Of a DNA stretch of 64,000 nt, positions 1 to 11,955 are shown piece by piece; position 1 is the stretch's first letter, and every line of letters starts with the position of its first letter. Below the pieces are notes generated by a model. It saw only the letters and a list, made by a program, of their open reading frames with translations, made no database searches and was not told the DNA's origin. The position numbers and the translations under genes were made by a program. Origin of the DNA: a bacterium (GTDB lineage Bacteria > Planctomycetota > SZUA-567); contig QKCJ01000019.1 of NCBI GenBank assembly GCA_003245715.1, positions 3,119 to 67,118 on the forward strand, read 5' to 3'.

Positions 1-1509
1 ACGCTCAACCTTGGCAGGGTCAACAACACCAGCCTTGACCAGGTCGCAGAACTCGCCAGTCAGTGCGTTATAACCCTCAGTTGCACCCTTCATCTCTTCA
101 ACCTCGGCAGCGATGACTGAACCATCTATGCCGCTGTTGCTGCCGATAGTCTTGACCGGTGCACGCACTGCTGAAAGGATAATATCAACGCCGAGCTTCT
201 CGTCGCCCTTGGCCTTTGAGCGGACAGCTTCAATAGCGGCTGAACTCTTAAGAAGTGCCGTACCACCACCAGGAACAATACCTTCCTCAGCAGCGGCGCG
301 CGCAGCGTGCAGAGCATCCTCAACGCGAGCCTTCTTCTCTTTCATGGCTTCTTCAGTTGCAGCGCCGACATTGATGATGGCAACGCCGCCGGTAAGCTTG
401 GCCAGACGTTCCTGCATCTTCTCGCGGTCGTAATCTGAAGTGGTTGTTTCAATACGTGTGCGAAGCTGGGCGATACGTGTCTTGATGTCAGCCTTCTTGC
501 CGGCACCTTCAACGATAGTGGTGTTTTCCTTCTCAACAACAATAGTCTTGGCGCGGCCAAGCTGCTCAAGCTCAACTGTCTCAAGCTTGATGCCAAGCTC
601 TTCAGTGATTGCAATACCGCCGGTGACAATGGCGATATCCTCTAGCATGGCCTTGCGGCGTTCGCCAAAGCCAGGAGCCTTGACTGCACAGACATTAAGT
701 GTTCCGCGCAGACGGTTGACAACCAGCGCAGCCAGAACTTCACTCTCGACCTCTTCTGCGATAATCAAGAGAGGCTTGCCCGAAGTTGCAATCTTTTCAA
801 GCAGCGGAAGGAACTCACGCAGATTGCCGATCTTCTTCTCGTGAACGAGAACATAAGCATCCTCAAGAACAGCCGTCATTTTGGCCGGATTTGTAACAAA
901 GTACGGGCTCTGGTAACCCTTGTCAAACTGCATGCCTTCAACGAGATCCATTGTGGTTTCGATGCTTTTGGCTTCTTCAACCTGAATAACACCGTCAGCA
1001 CCAACCTTCTCCATGGCATCAGCGATAATGCTGCCGATCTCTGGGTCGTTATTAGCTGAGATTGAAGCGACAGAAGCGATGTCTGCCTTCTTCTTGCAGG
1101 GTGTGCTGATCTTGGCGATGTTATTAACTGCTGCTTCAACAGCCATGTCAACACCACGGCGGATTGCCATCGGGTCAGCCCCGGCGGTAATCATCTTCAG
1201 ACCTGAAGCAAAAATTGCCTCAGCGAGAACTGTCGCGGTTGTTGTACCGTCACCGGCGATATCTGAAGTCTTTGAAGCGACTTCCTTAATCATCTGTGCG
1301 CCCATATTTTCAAACGGATCTTCAAGCTGCACTTCTTTGGCTACGGTCACACCGTCTTTAGTGATTCCGGGTCCGCCAAAACCCTTCTGGTAAACAACAT
1401 TGTGACCGGTAGGACCCATTGTTGATTTAACTGCTTTAGCGAGTTTGCTGACACCCGCAAGGATCTTCTGCCTTGCGTCATCATTGAACATCAACTGCTT
1501 GCCTGGCAT
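1..1509 (-). CDS. groEL: Chaperonin GroEL (Cpn60), paralog 1; its 3' end runs off the window start
   Basis: Absent from the ORF track because there is no in-window stop. My reverse-strand translation from ATG 1509-1507 reads [60 protein letters not shown]...[15 protein letters not shown]. It is still open at base 1 (...[25 protein letters not shown]). It lies directly downstream of groES. Confidence 0.93.
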   Translation of the reverse strand, partial: MPGKQLMFNDDARQKILAGVSKLAKAVKSTMGPTGHNVVYQKGFGGPGITKDGVTVAKEVQLEDPFENMGAQMIKEVASKTSDIAGDGTTTATVLAEAIFASGLKMITAGADPMAIRRGVDMAVEAAVNNIAKISTPCKKKADIASVASISANNDPEIGSIIADAMEKVGADGVIQVEEAKSIETTMDLVEGMQFDKGYQSPYFVTNPAKMTAVLEDAYVLVHEKKIGNLREFLPLLEKIATSGKPLLIIAEEVESEVLAALVVNRLRGTLNVCAVKAPGFGERRKAMLEDIAIVTGGIAITEELGIKLETVELEQLGRAKTIVVEKENTTIVEGAGKKADIKTRIAQLRTRIETTTSDYDREKMQERLAKLTGGVAIINVGAATEEAMKEKKARVEDALHAARAAAEEGIVPGGGTALLKSSAAIEAVRSKAKGDEKLGVDIILSAVRAPVKTIGSNSGIDGSVIAAEVEEMKGATEGYNALTGEFCDLVKAGVVDPAKVER

Positions 1510-1575
1510 TTTATATACTCCCAAATTTTATATTTTAATTAAATAGCCATATCCAACTGAAGTAGGTGGCCGATA

Positions 1576-1881
1576 CTAGATCTTGGCGAGAATGTCGCTC
1601 TCACGCATAATCAGATAGGTCTCACCCTCAACCTTAACCTCAGTGCCGCCGTACTTACCAAAGAGTACACGGTCGCCAACTACAACGTCCGGAGTCGCAC
1701 GCTTGCCACTGTCAAGAAGCTTACCGGCACCAACAGCAACAACCTCGCCTTCCTGTGGCTTTTCTTTAGCTGCGTCAGGGAGGATAATTCCGCCTGCAGT
1801 CTTTTCCTCAGCTTCAACACGCTTAACAACAATACGGTCATCCATCGGACGAAGCTTTACAGCAGTTTTCTTTTTAGCCAT
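1576..1881 (-). CDS. groES: Co-chaperonin GroES (Cpn10)
   Basis: 101 aa. [42 protein letters not shown]...[14 protein letters not shown] is the canonical GroES pattern. Canonical groES-groEL order with the gene at 1..1509. Confidence 0.96.
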   Translation of the reverse strand: MAKKKTAVKLRPMDDRIVVKRVEAEEKTAGGIILPDAAKEKPQEGEVVAVGAGKLLDSGKRATPDVVVGDRVLFGKYGGTEVKVEGETYLIMRESDILAKI

Positions 1882-1964
1882 TTTAAATCTCTCCTAAAAA
1901 TTTTATCTTTAATTTATCTTAAACTAAAATCAGTAAAAAGGTGTCACGTAACGCGCAGGGGCGA

Positions 1965-3650
<1,686 letters not shown>

Positions 3651-4249
3651 TTACTTTCCTCCAAAAATCAAACCAATAAAATATAACACCAATTATAATT
3701 AATCTTAATTAACAAAATTATTGAGCAATATCCTGTGCAAAAATTATGCCAGAATCAAAAAACCGCCATATCCGCTCATAAAACGCCATGCCCGGCATAT
3801 TCCTCCAAGAAGTAACATATTATCAGATAGTTACTTGCAAAGCAACAGACTAGCGCCCGGCAAAATAATATTTCGTCAAAAGTTGACCCCCGCCCACTAA
3901 TTCCGGTTGTCAATTGGCTAAACTTTTTCTGACCTTTTGTCATAATGACGCAAAGGGAGGAAGCGCCCGGGTGACATATTAATGTACACTGCCCGCCACC
4001 TGCCAGTTGGGCGGTGTTATTTATTTTTTAGCCGACGCGGAATATCTGCTGCGGACTGAATAAACTTATTGCCATTGGCGGTGCAAAATATACAATGATA
4101 TAATGAAAAGCAGTTATAGGCGATTGCTCTAATTAAGCGGGCTTATTATACGCCGGTTTCAGAGAAATATCGCCTGTATTTAACACTGCCTTTTACGCGT
4201 GCAAATATGATTTCAGACATTTTCCGGTTCCGGAGGAAGGAATTAATTG

Positions 4250-4471
4250 ATGGATAAGGGTGAGAAGCCGTATCCGGTGATCCATGCTATTGAATGCAAG
4301 TCCTGCGGGCGCTGCATTCTCGCATGCCCGAAGAAAGTCCTGAAAATGGGCCAGAAGCTCAACGAGCGTGGCTACACTTATGCGGTATACGATGGGGAAG
4401 GCTGTATCGGCTGCGGCAATTGTTATTACACCTGCCCGGAGCCTGGCGCAATTGAAGTTCACAAAAAATAA
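4250..4471 (+). CDS. 4Fe-4S dicluster ferredoxin-type (delta) subunit of a 2-oxoacid:ferredoxin oxidoreductase
   Basis: About 73 aa with two CxxCxxCxxxCP motifs ([24 protein letters not shown]). First gene of the oxidoreductase operon. GGAGGAAGG RBS. The ORF-track start at 4247 is TTG and the ATG is at 4250. Confidence 0.85.
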   Translation: MDKGEKPYPVIHAIECKSCGRCILACPKKVLKMGQKLNERGYTYAVYDGEGCIGCGNCYYTCPEPGAIEVHKK

Positions 4472-4507
4472 AAAAACAACACTGATTTCCGGGGAGAAAT
4501 ATTACTA

Positions 4508-5542
4508 ATGGTTACCAAACTGGCCAAGGGCAACTCCGCTATTATCATTGGCGCGATGTATGCCGGCTGTGGCTCATTTTTCGGTTATCCGATCACACCT
4601 GCAAGTGAAATTCTGCATGACGCGGCAAAATACTTTCCGATGGCGGGGCGAAAATTTGTTCAGGCAGAATCTGAAGAAGCGGCAATCAACATGGTTTACG
4701 GCGCAGCCAGCACAGGCGAGCGCGTGATGACCGCCTCAAGCGGCCCCGGCATATCCCTTAAACAAGAGGGCATCTCCTACATCGCCGGCGCTGAGCTGCC
4801 GATGGTGATTGCCGATATCATGCGCGCAGGCCCGGGCCTTGGCAACATCGGCCCCGAACAGGCAGACTATAATCAGGTTGTAAAGGGGGGTGGTCACGGC
4901 AATTACCAGAATATCGTCCTTGCCCCTAACTCCATTCAGGAGATGTGCGACCTGACCATCAAAGCTTTTGATCTTGCCTACAAGTACCGTAACCCTGCGG
5001 TGATCCTTGCTGACGCGGTTCTTGGTCAGATGATTGAGCCGCTTAAATATCCTGAGACTGCGCTTGATCCTGTCAGTGACAAGAGCTGGTCAGTCGAGGG
5101 AACACGCGAGACACGCGAGAATCTTATCACCAGCATTTATCTGGATTTTGACGAGCTAGAGCAGCACAACTATAACCTCGAAAAGAAGTTCAAGAAGATT
5201 GAGGAAGAAGCGGTTGATTATGAAGGGTATATGCTTGATGACGCGGAGACGGTTCTGGTCTCTTACGGTATCTGCAGCCGCTTGTGTCATAATGCTGTAG
5301 ACGCAGCGCGGGCGATGGGTAAGAAGGTCGGCCTGTTCCGCCCGATTACGCTCTTTCCGTTCCCGAAGAATGAACTCAAGGATGTCAGCGCAAAGGCCAA
5401 GAGATTTATCAGCGTCGAGATGAGTAACGGTCAGATGCAGGCAGATATCAAACTGGCAATAGAGTGCAGCCGCCCGGTTGATCTGGTCTACCGCCTCGGT
5501 GGAAACATGCTGACCATGCAGCAGATCATGGATGCGCTCTAG
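4508..5542 (+). CDS. 2-oxoacid:ferredoxin oxidoreductase, alpha subunit (substrate not assignable from sequence)
   Basis: 344 aa. The N-terminal [30 protein letters not shown] pattern is typical of KOR/POR/VOR alpha subunits. Operon context. Confidence 0.88.
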   Translation: MVTKLAKGNSAIIIGAMYAGCGSFFGYPITPASEILHDAAKYFPMAGRKFVQAESEEAAINMVYGAASTGERVMTASSGPGISLKQEGISYIAGAELPMVIADIMRAGPGLGNIGPEQADYNQVVKGGGHGNYQNIVLAPNSIQEMCDLTIKAFDLAYKYRNPAVILADAVLGQMIEPLKYPETALDPVSDKSWSVEGTRETRENLITSIYLDFDELEQHNYNLEKKFKKIEEEAVDYEGYMLDDAETVLVSYGICSRLCHNAVDAARAMGKKVGLFRPITLFPFPKNELKDVSAKAKRFISVEMSNGQMQADIKLAIECSRPVDLVYRLGGNMLTMQQIMDAL

Positions 5543-5575
5543 GATATAAACAATAAATCAGCCTTGGGGAGACTG

Positions 5576-6031
5576 ATGGAAGATAACGATATTAACAAGG
5601 AGATTCTGGCGGAGCTGAAATATATCTCTCGCGCCCAGAAAACGCAGAGAAAATCGGCTATTATTTCTGTTATTTTTTTAATTATCATTATTCCGATGCT
5701 TGTTTTATTGGCAGACGAAAACGAAGAAACAGCTGAAAACGAACCTGCCGTGACAGAATCATGGGATGAAGTTGATAGCCTTGACAACTCCAACAACACC
5801 CAGCAAGCTCTTGATATGGCCTTACGTTTACGTGATAAATTACCGCATGATTTTTTTGGCTATACCAAGTCAGCTGAACTTTTAAACCGACTGGGGCGTG
5901 ATGTTGAAGCGGAAATTAATTATCAAAAGGCCTATGACTTATGGCCAAGCAAGGACAACTATGATAATCTTTCAGTCATTCAGCTGAAACTCCAGCGAAT
6001 GAATGAAAATAAATTTAAGGCTGAGAACTAA
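5576..6031 (+). CDS. Hypothetical single-pass membrane protein with a TPR-like C-terminal half, inserted between the alpha and beta genes
   Basis: Hydrophobic segment AIISVIFLIIIIPMLVLLA followed by an acidic linker and a helical region (ALDMALRLRDKL...EINYQKAYDLW). Visibly more AT-rich than flanking genes. Start uncertain: TTG 5564 or ATG 5576, which follows GGGGAGA. Confidence 0.55.
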   Translation: MEDNDINKEILAELKYISRAQKTQRKSAIISVIFLIIIIPMLVLLADENEETAENEPAVTESWDEVDSLDNSNNTQQALDMALRLRDKLPHDFFGYTKSAELLNRLGRDVEAEINYQKAYDLWPSKDNYDNLSVIQLKLQRMNENKFKAEN

Positions 6032-6101
6032 CGATACGTTCCGATGCCTACCCAGGATGACATAAAACTGAAATCAGAAAATTAAATATAAGGAAACAAA
6101 G

Positions 6102-7532
6102 ATGAGCGTCTTATCCAGACCTGATTCATTATATAAGGAATTCACCAGAAAGGGCGGACTTGCCCCGACTGCCACCCACTACTGCGCAGGTTGCGGACAC
6201 GGCATCATCCACAAACTTATCGCCGAAGCAATGGACGACCTCGGCATTCAGGATCGCTGCGTAATGATTAGTCCGGTTGGCTGCGCGGTATTCGCTTACT
6301 ACTACTTTGACTGCGGCAACATTCAGGTTGCCCACGGTCGCGCTCCGGCTGTCGGCACCGGCGTCTCACGCGCGCGCGACAATTCAATCGTTATCAGCTA
6401 TCAGGGCGACGGCGACCTGGCATCAATCGGTCTCAACGAGACCCTGCAGGCAGCTAACCGCGGCGAGAAAATGGCGGTTTTCTTTGTCAACAATACCGTT
6501 TACGGCATGACCGGCGGACAGATGGCTCCGACTACTCTTGTCGGCGAAAAGACCATCACCTCACTCAATGGCCGCGACCCGCAACACTGCGGCTATCCAC
6601 TGCATATGTGCGAACTTATCGACCAGCTTAATTCACCGGTTTATATCTCCCGCGTCTCTCTTGCCGATTCTCCACGAATCCGCATCGCCAGAAAAGCTAT
6701 CCGCAAAGCTCTTGAGATACAACGCGACGGTAAAGGCTACTCCTTTGTCGAGATCCTCTCACCCTGCCCGACCAACCTCAAACTTGACGCGGCAGGCACT
6801 GCGGATTTTGTCATCAACAAAATGGAGAATGAGTTCCCCGTCAAGGAATTCCGCGATAAGTCTGAAAATACTCACTACATTGAACGCCCCAAAAGTGATT
6901 TCAGTAAAGAGACACTGGACAAGATTTTCGGCATTGCTGGCGAGCAGGTAACAACAGACAATGGCAAGATTGATGATTACAAACAGCTTGAAATCAAGAT
7001 TGCCGGCTTCGGCGGTCAAGGCGTTTTGAGTATGGGTATCATTCTTTCACGCGCAGCCTGCCAGTGCGGACATGAAGTTTCATGGCTGCCTTCATACGGA
7101 CCAGAGCAGCGCGGCGGAACGTCAAACTGTTCTGTAATTATTTCCGGCAGCAAGATCGGCTCACCAACCGTTTACGAACCTGACATCCTGATCGCCATGA
7201 ACCAGCCATCACTCGAACGTTTTGCTGGTGACGTAAAAGAAAACGGCATAATTATTTACGACAGCACCGTCCGCAACCTTCCAGAGTTCCCTGCCGGAGT
7301 CACGGCATACTGCATTCCGTCAATTGATATTTCAAAGGAAGCCAGCGGCAACGCAAAGTCAGCAAACACGGCGATGCTCGGCGCGTTTATGGCACTTTCT
7401 GGTGCAAAGCTACCTGAAGAAGCATTCAATCAGGCTATCAGCGAAAATTTTGCAGGCAAGATCAAGATTGTCGAGATCAACCAAAAGGTCTTCACCGCCG
7501 CCTTTAACTGGGCAACAGAAAATTGTAACTAA
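6102..7532 (+). CDS. 2-oxoacid:ferredoxin oxidoreductase, fused beta (TPP-binding) and gamma subunits
   Basis: 476 aa. The N-terminal half has HYCAGCGHG and the TPP motif YQGDGDLASIGLNE...NNTVYGMTGGQ. The C-terminal half (from IKIAGFGGQGVLSMGIILSRAA) is a gamma-subunit-type domain. Confidence 0.88.
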   Translation: MSVLSRPDSLYKEFTRKGGLAPTATHYCAGCGHGIIHKLIAEAMDDLGIQDRCVMISPVGCAVFAYYYFDCGNIQVAHGRAPAVGTGVSRARDNSIVISYQGDGDLASIGLNETLQAANRGEKMAVFFVNNTVYGMTGGQMAPTTLVGEKTITSLNGRDPQHCGYPLHMCELIDQLNSPVYISRVSLADSPRIRIARKAIRKALEIQRDGKGYSFVEILSPCPTNLKLDAAGTADFVINKMENEFPVKEFRDKSENTHYIERPKSDFSKETLDKIFGIAGEQVTTDNGKIDDYKQLEIKIAGFGGQGVLSMGIILSRAACQCGHEVSWLPSYGPEQRGGTSNCSVIISGSKIGSPTVYEPDILIAMNQPSLERFAGDVKENGIIIYDSTVRNLPEFPAGVTAYCIPSIDISKEASGNAKSANTAMLGAFMALSGAKLPEEAFNQAISENFAGKIKIVEINQKVFTAAFNWATENCN

Positions 7533-7629
7533 GCGTTTATTCTAACTTTGGAATTTATTCCGAAAGGTGTCTGACTATTAATTTCCCGGACATCTTGTAG
7601 CTGCCGTGTAAAACAAACGCGAAAATTAT

Positions 7630-8316
7630 TCAGTTTGTTTTGCCGGCGGCCTGATCGAGTATCCTCTGCGCTTCCTCATCAGCCGACTGGACAATATTTG
7701 AAAATCCGCGCAGTGACATCTGTGCGCATTTGGCCCTGAGAAATTCACGGTCACTCTTGGTCTGCATGCCAGTTATAAAACGTTTGTATTCACTCTCGCG
7801 CATTTTATAAAACCTGACCGTCCCGTCATAAAAGAGCAAATTTCCCCCTGACTGAAAGTTTCCGGAGTTGTCCCAGGCGATAACAGTATTACCCGGAAGA
7901 AACATTTTATACCATTTCAGAAGTGTATAATCACTGGTGAATTTATCGCTGGTATATTTTTTTGCCGGTGCGTGAAAAACATTCATATCCTGAACTACAG
8001 CGTAACTCTTCTCGATTTTTGAGAATTCATTTAGCAACTTGCCGGCGCGGATTTTCTGAATGTAAAAGGTCATCCGGTAATTGAAGAGGTCTTCAAGTTT
8101 TTCCGGTTCCCGCCCGAAATAATTTTCAGACTGAAAACTTTTTATCCCCCTGCCAATTATCTGCAAATTAGTCGCACTCAAAGTAATGTCACGGGCCGAA
8201 TCACCACGCATGAAATACCAATATGCCAGGCCTCCGGCAGCAACAATCACCAACGCCCCCAGCATTGCATAAATCTGCCTAGGCGTGAAACTTACTTTTG
8301 CCAGAGCCCTCTTCAT
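7630..8316 (-). CDS. Hypothetical N-terminally anchored protein with a C-terminal GGNLLFYDGTVRF motif (H-X9-DG-like)
   Basis: 228 aa. TM segment IYAMLGALVIVAAGGLAYWYF. The start overlaps the aroKB stop by 4 nt (ATGA at 8316-8313). See finding. Confidence 0.6.
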   Translation of the reverse strand: MKRALAKVSFTPRQIYAMLGALVIVAAGGLAYWYFMRGDSARDITLSATNLQIIGRGIKSFQSENYFGREPEKLEDLFNYRMTFYIQKIRAGKLLNEFSKIEKSYAVVQDMNVFHAPAKKYTSDKFTSDYTLLKWYKMFLPGNTVIAWDNSGNFQSGGNLLFYDGTVRFYKMRESEYKRFITGMQTKSDREFLRAKCAQMSLRGFSNIVQSADEEAQRILDQAAGKTN

Positions 8317-9878
8317 TTAAAATATTTCTCACATTCCTTCAGTGCCCCGACAAGTTCCTTCTTTGTCAGGTCATTTACAATAACCGGCTTGCCGTATTTC
8401 TCAATCAGCACAAAAACAATCTTATTGTCGCGAACCTTTTTATCATGCGCCATAATCGCCATGGCCTCATCAACCGGGACAAGCCCTGGCATCTCAGGAC
8501 AGATATTGATAATAGTCTTAATTATGTCACGGCACTCATCAGCGCTGATAAATTTTCGCCGTTTTGAAAGAACAGTCGCCACAACCATGCCAAGCGCAAC
8601 CGCCTGACCATGGCTGACCTTGTAATCATGATAACCTTCAACTGCATGGCCGTAAGTATGACCGAAATTCAGAATTGCCCTTCTGCCGCCTTCACGGAAA
8701 TCCCCGGTAACCACCCCCGCCTTGAACTTGGCAGACTCCGCCGCCACAGCTTTCAACAGCGGCAGGTCACCCTTGAGCATCGACTCATACTCCTGCTCAA
8801 TAAGACGTCCCAAACTTGTCGCACCGATAAGGCCGGTCTTATAGGCCTCAACCAACCCCTCAGAGATCTGCTCGCGCGCCAGAGTTGTAAATGAATTGAC
8901 ATCAAGAACAACGAGCTCTGGGATTGTAAACGTGCCGATAATATTTTTAGCCTTGCCGAAATTAACCGCCGCCTTACCACCCACAGCCGCGTCCACACTG
9001 CCAAGAAGCGTTGTGCTGGCCAGAATAAAAGGCATTCCGCGTTTATAGGTAGAAGCGATATATGCGCCAAGGTCAGTAACCGTTCCGCCCCCAACCGCAA
9101 TCAGCAGGTCGTCGCGGTTATAATGATTATCCAAAAGCTTGGTGTAAACCTTCTCTGCAGTACGAAGAGACTTGATCTTCTCGCCACCAGAAAGCTTGAT
9201 AACCATCGCATCATCCATCCGTCCAAGATACCGCGGTAGATGATACTTGGCAACCTTACGGTCTGTGATAATTGCACGCTTTCTGCCGACAACCGCCGAA
9301 CAAATCGCCTCCAGCGCCACAAATGAACAAACCACCGGACATTCGATCCCATCCATGGTCACAGTAAAATTATCATCAGGATAAAGCCTGTGCAGCAAAT
9401 TACCGGCAACCTCTTCTGCACTCTTCTTTCCGGTGTCCGCAATAATCTGCGCCTGCTTATAAAGTGGCACGCGCTTGATAAATAAGGACTCAGTCTTGCC
9501 ACGGTCCTGCCAGAGGGGGCGGCTTTTAGCCCCGCCTTTTTTCAGACGTTTTGCGCAATCATCAAGCGTTGTCTGCAGATATACCGTAGTGCCTGATTTT
9601 TTCATAACCTTGCGGTTATTAACCGACTCAATAATTCCACCACCGGTAGAGACAATTTTAAGCTTGTCAGCAGCAATCTCTTCAAGCAATTCGCTCTCTT
9701 TTACCCGGAATTCCTTCTCACCATACTCAGCAAAATACTTGACGATCTTCATGCCGATTCTTTTTTCAAGAATCGCGTCCATGTCAATAAATTCGCGCCT
9801 GAGTTTTTTAGCAAGAATCTTGCCGACAGTGGTCTTACCCGACCCCATAAAACCTGTCAAATATATATTTCCGAGCAT
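8313..9878 (-). CDS. aroKB: Bifunctional shikimate kinase / 3-dehydroquinate synthase
   Basis: 521 aa. The N-terminal part has the P-loop IYLTGFMGSGKTTVGKILAKKL (AroK). The C-terminal roughly 350 aa has AroB-type motifs (AVGGGTVTDLGAY, NFGHTYGHAVE). Confidence 0.9.
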   Translation of the reverse strand: MLGNIYLTGFMGSGKTTVGKILAKKLRREFIDMDAILEKRIGMKIVKYFAEYGEKEFRVKESELLEEIAADKLKIVSTGGGIIESVNNRKVMKKSGTTVYLQTTLDDCAKRLKKGGAKSRPLWQDRGKTESLFIKRVPLYKQAQIIADTGKKSAEEVAGNLLHRLYPDDNFTVTMDGIECPVVCSFVALEAICSAVVGRKRAIITDRKVAKYHLPRYLGRMDDAMVIKLSGGEKIKSLRTAEKVYTKLLDNHYNRDDLLIAVGGGTVTDLGAYIASTYKRGMPFILASTTLLGSVDAAVGGKAAVNFGKAKNIIGTFTIPELVVLDVNSFTTLAREQISEGLVEAYKTGLIGATSLGRLIEQEYESMLKGDLPLLKAVAAESAKFKAGVVTGDFREGGRRAILNFGHTYGHAVEGYHDYKVSHGQAVALGMVVATVLSKRRKFISADECRDIIKTIINICPEMPGLVPVDEAMAIMAHDKKVRDNKIVFVLIEKYGKPVIVNDLTKKELVGALKECEKYFK

Positions 9879-10041
9879 TTTTTTCCCTGTAATCTGCGTT
9901 GCATCTGTAACCTGAATTTTAACTGCTTAAAAAAATTGCCGCTTTACTCAGCCAATAATATTCCATCCCGGCTTTTGTGTCAACAAGAGATGATTCATAT
10001 CTTATCTACATTTATAATTATCAGCAAAATTTCGGCAGCTT

Positions 10042-10079
10042 AAACAAAAACCGGCAGAGCCTATACAGACTCTGCCGGT
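10042..10079 (-). terminator. Rho-independent terminator downstream of the repeat-protein gene
   Basis: 9-bp perfect stem ccggcagag (10051-10059) / ctctgccgg (10071-10079). On the minus strand it is followed by a U-rich run (complement of aaacaaaaa, 10042-10050). Confidence 0.75.
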
Positions 10080-10133
10080 TTGGATGTTTGTGTTTGAAGT
10101 TTTCACTTCCAACCGCAGGGCTTGTAAACAAGC

Positions 10134-11240
10134 TTATTTGCAGTCAGTTGCGCCTTCCTTCATTTCAACAGTCTTAGGTTCCATCATCTTGATGTTCAGG
10201 CCGTCCTTCTTAACCAGACGCCAAACCATCTGTTCACCTGAAGCAACAACCTTGTTCATCTTGGTTTCGTACTTAGCTGGAACCTTAACCTTAACGGTTG
10301 ATTCTGGCTTAACCATAACGAGGCGCTTTACGCTCTTGTAAACTGCTGGGATACACTTGAATTCAACCTTAGCTGCTTCAACGATTTCAGCTGCGTCGAT
10401 TTCTTCGTACTTTGGTGGAATTACGCATTCCTTAACTTCAGCAGGCTTAACGAGAGTCTTAACCTTGTAGGTCTGCTTGCGGCCAGCGCATGGGTTGTCT
10501 ACGAGGTTGCCTTCTTTAACGAGAACTTCTTTGGTGATAGTTTCGTAAGCAGCTGGTGTGCATTCAGCTGTAACGCAGAGAGCAGGATCGCCCTTTTCGT
10601 TAGCCTTGACTGAATCGCAGTCGCCTTCGCCACACTTGCGCATTGGAGGCTTAACCATGATCTTTTCTTCTTCAGTCTTGTAAACTGCAGGAATCCAAAC
10701 CTTGCTTGTGCTAGGAGCCTGAACTTCGATCTCCTTCTCAACCCACTTGTATTCTGCAGGAATGATGCTGTAGCAGGTCTGAGCTTCTTCAACCATGACC
10801 TTAACCTTCTTGCAGCGAACCTTAGCAGGCAGGCAGTAAGCAACCTTCTTGGCTGGACATACCATTACCTTAACTTCCTGAACACAGTATTCAGCCGGTA
10901 CACACTTGGTGTAGAATGTTTCAGGACGAACCTGACATTCAACCGGAACTGACTTGTAAGTAGCAGGCTTTGTTACCAGGCACCATGCGTATCCAGCGAT
11001 CGGACGTGGAGCGCCCTTGCCTTCAACGAAAGGAACTTCCATGCCTTCTTTAACGTCAGCAGCAGTCTTAACAACTTCTGAGTTAGCAGCGTAGAAGCCT
11101 TCCTGATTTGCAGCAACATCGTTGCTAGCCATAACCATGCCCTGTTCAGCAGGCATATCAACATCGTTGCTAGCGTATGCATTTGCACCAATCAGAAGTG
11201 CACCAGCTACCAGCATCCCCTTAATACTCATCCTCAACAT
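10134..11240 (-). CDS. Secreted Cys-rich repeat protein with at least 9 copies of a [IVKT]PAxY(K/E)x[VI]-type motif
   Basis: Signal peptide MLRMSIKGMLVAGALLIGANAYA. AAGGAG RBS upstream of ATG 11240 (the track ORF extends to 11282). Repeats include IPAEYKWVEKEIEV, IPAVYKTEEEKIMV, TPAAYETITKEVLV, IPAVYKSVKRLVMV and VPAKYETKMNKVV. About 17 Cys. Confidence 0.8.
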   Translation of the reverse strand: MLRMSIKGMLVAGALLIGANAYASNDVDMPAEQGMVMASNDVAANQEGFYAANSEVVKTAADVKEGMEVPFVEGKGAPRPIAGYAWCLVTKPATYKSVPVECQVRPETFYTKCVPAEYCVQEVKVMVCPAKKVAYCLPAKVRCKKVKVMVEEAQTCYSIIPAEYKWVEKEIEVQAPSTSKVWIPAVYKTEEEKIMVKPPMRKCGEGDCDSVKANEKGDPALCVTAECTPAAYETITKEVLVKEGNLVDNPCAGRKQTYKVKTLVKPAEVKECVIPPKYEEIDAAEIVEAAKVEFKCIPAVYKSVKRLVMVKPESTVKVKVPAKYETKMNKVVASGEQMVWRLVKKDGLNIKMMEPKTVEMKEGATDCK

Positions 11241-11955
11241 AATCCTTTCTCCTTTGTTCCCCCAATCAGAACAAAACAACAAACTAAAAAAATGAAAAAC
11301 AAAAAATTTTTCTCAAAACCCCAAATCAATAAACTTCGTATACGCTCAGGCAGCGAGGGTATTCATGCCTGTCGTATCCATCACAATTTATACGTACGCC
11401 ACCCTCTTGTAAAGTAAAAAAATGAGCCCTGATCTTCTGCCACTGTTAATTTTTTTGGCCTTCTTCAGTTATTTTTTTTTTCCAATCCCTCCGCATCTGA
11501 CATTTTTATTTATCAGACGCTGTGTTTATACTCAAAAAAAACGCCTCGCGACAATAACGGCAACCGCTTTAAAACCAATGTGTTACATCTTCATTTTTTA
11601 TTTCCTGAGCTGGTTTATCGGACCAATTTTTATCGTTTTCAGTGTCCGGTTTTTTTTATCCACTTTGCTCAAAAAATCTGCATTCAGACTAAAAAAAATT
11701 CCTTTCAAATTTTCTTTTTTTTTTCAAAAAGAGTGGATTTTTCATCTTGGAATGCCGACAACAGGCCGAGCGCGAACCCCTTTCCGCCATTACCATGAGG
11801 GGCTTTTTCTACAGCTATTTTTAATCTTACTCGGTAAAAGACAGTATTTTATTGCTAAGGACGGGTCTGGAGTTATAATAAAATGATCGAAACAAATTAG
11901 TTCGGAATTTTATTTAACACGTTAACTTGCTTATTTTACAGGTGTTATAGAGAAG

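Noticed and set aside
3651-4246. 596-bp ORF-free divergent region between groEL paralog 2 and the oxidoreductase operon. I checked it for a CIRCE operator, a sigma32-type promoter and a small RNA (extended -10 tgtcataat near 3940; weak hairpin ccgcc/ggcgg plus a T run near 3995-4030).
   Set aside because: There is no CIRCE-like inverted repeat and no convincing CTTGAAA/CCCCAT pair. The hairpin has only 5 bp with a 12-nt loop. The evidence is too weak to call an sRNA or operator without covariance or expression data.
11422-11886. 154-aa Phe-rich ORF in the long intergenic region
   Set aside because: Its composition (runs of F, L, I) is a direct translation of the poly-T tracts. It has no RBS and no recognisable domain, so I treat it as non-coding.
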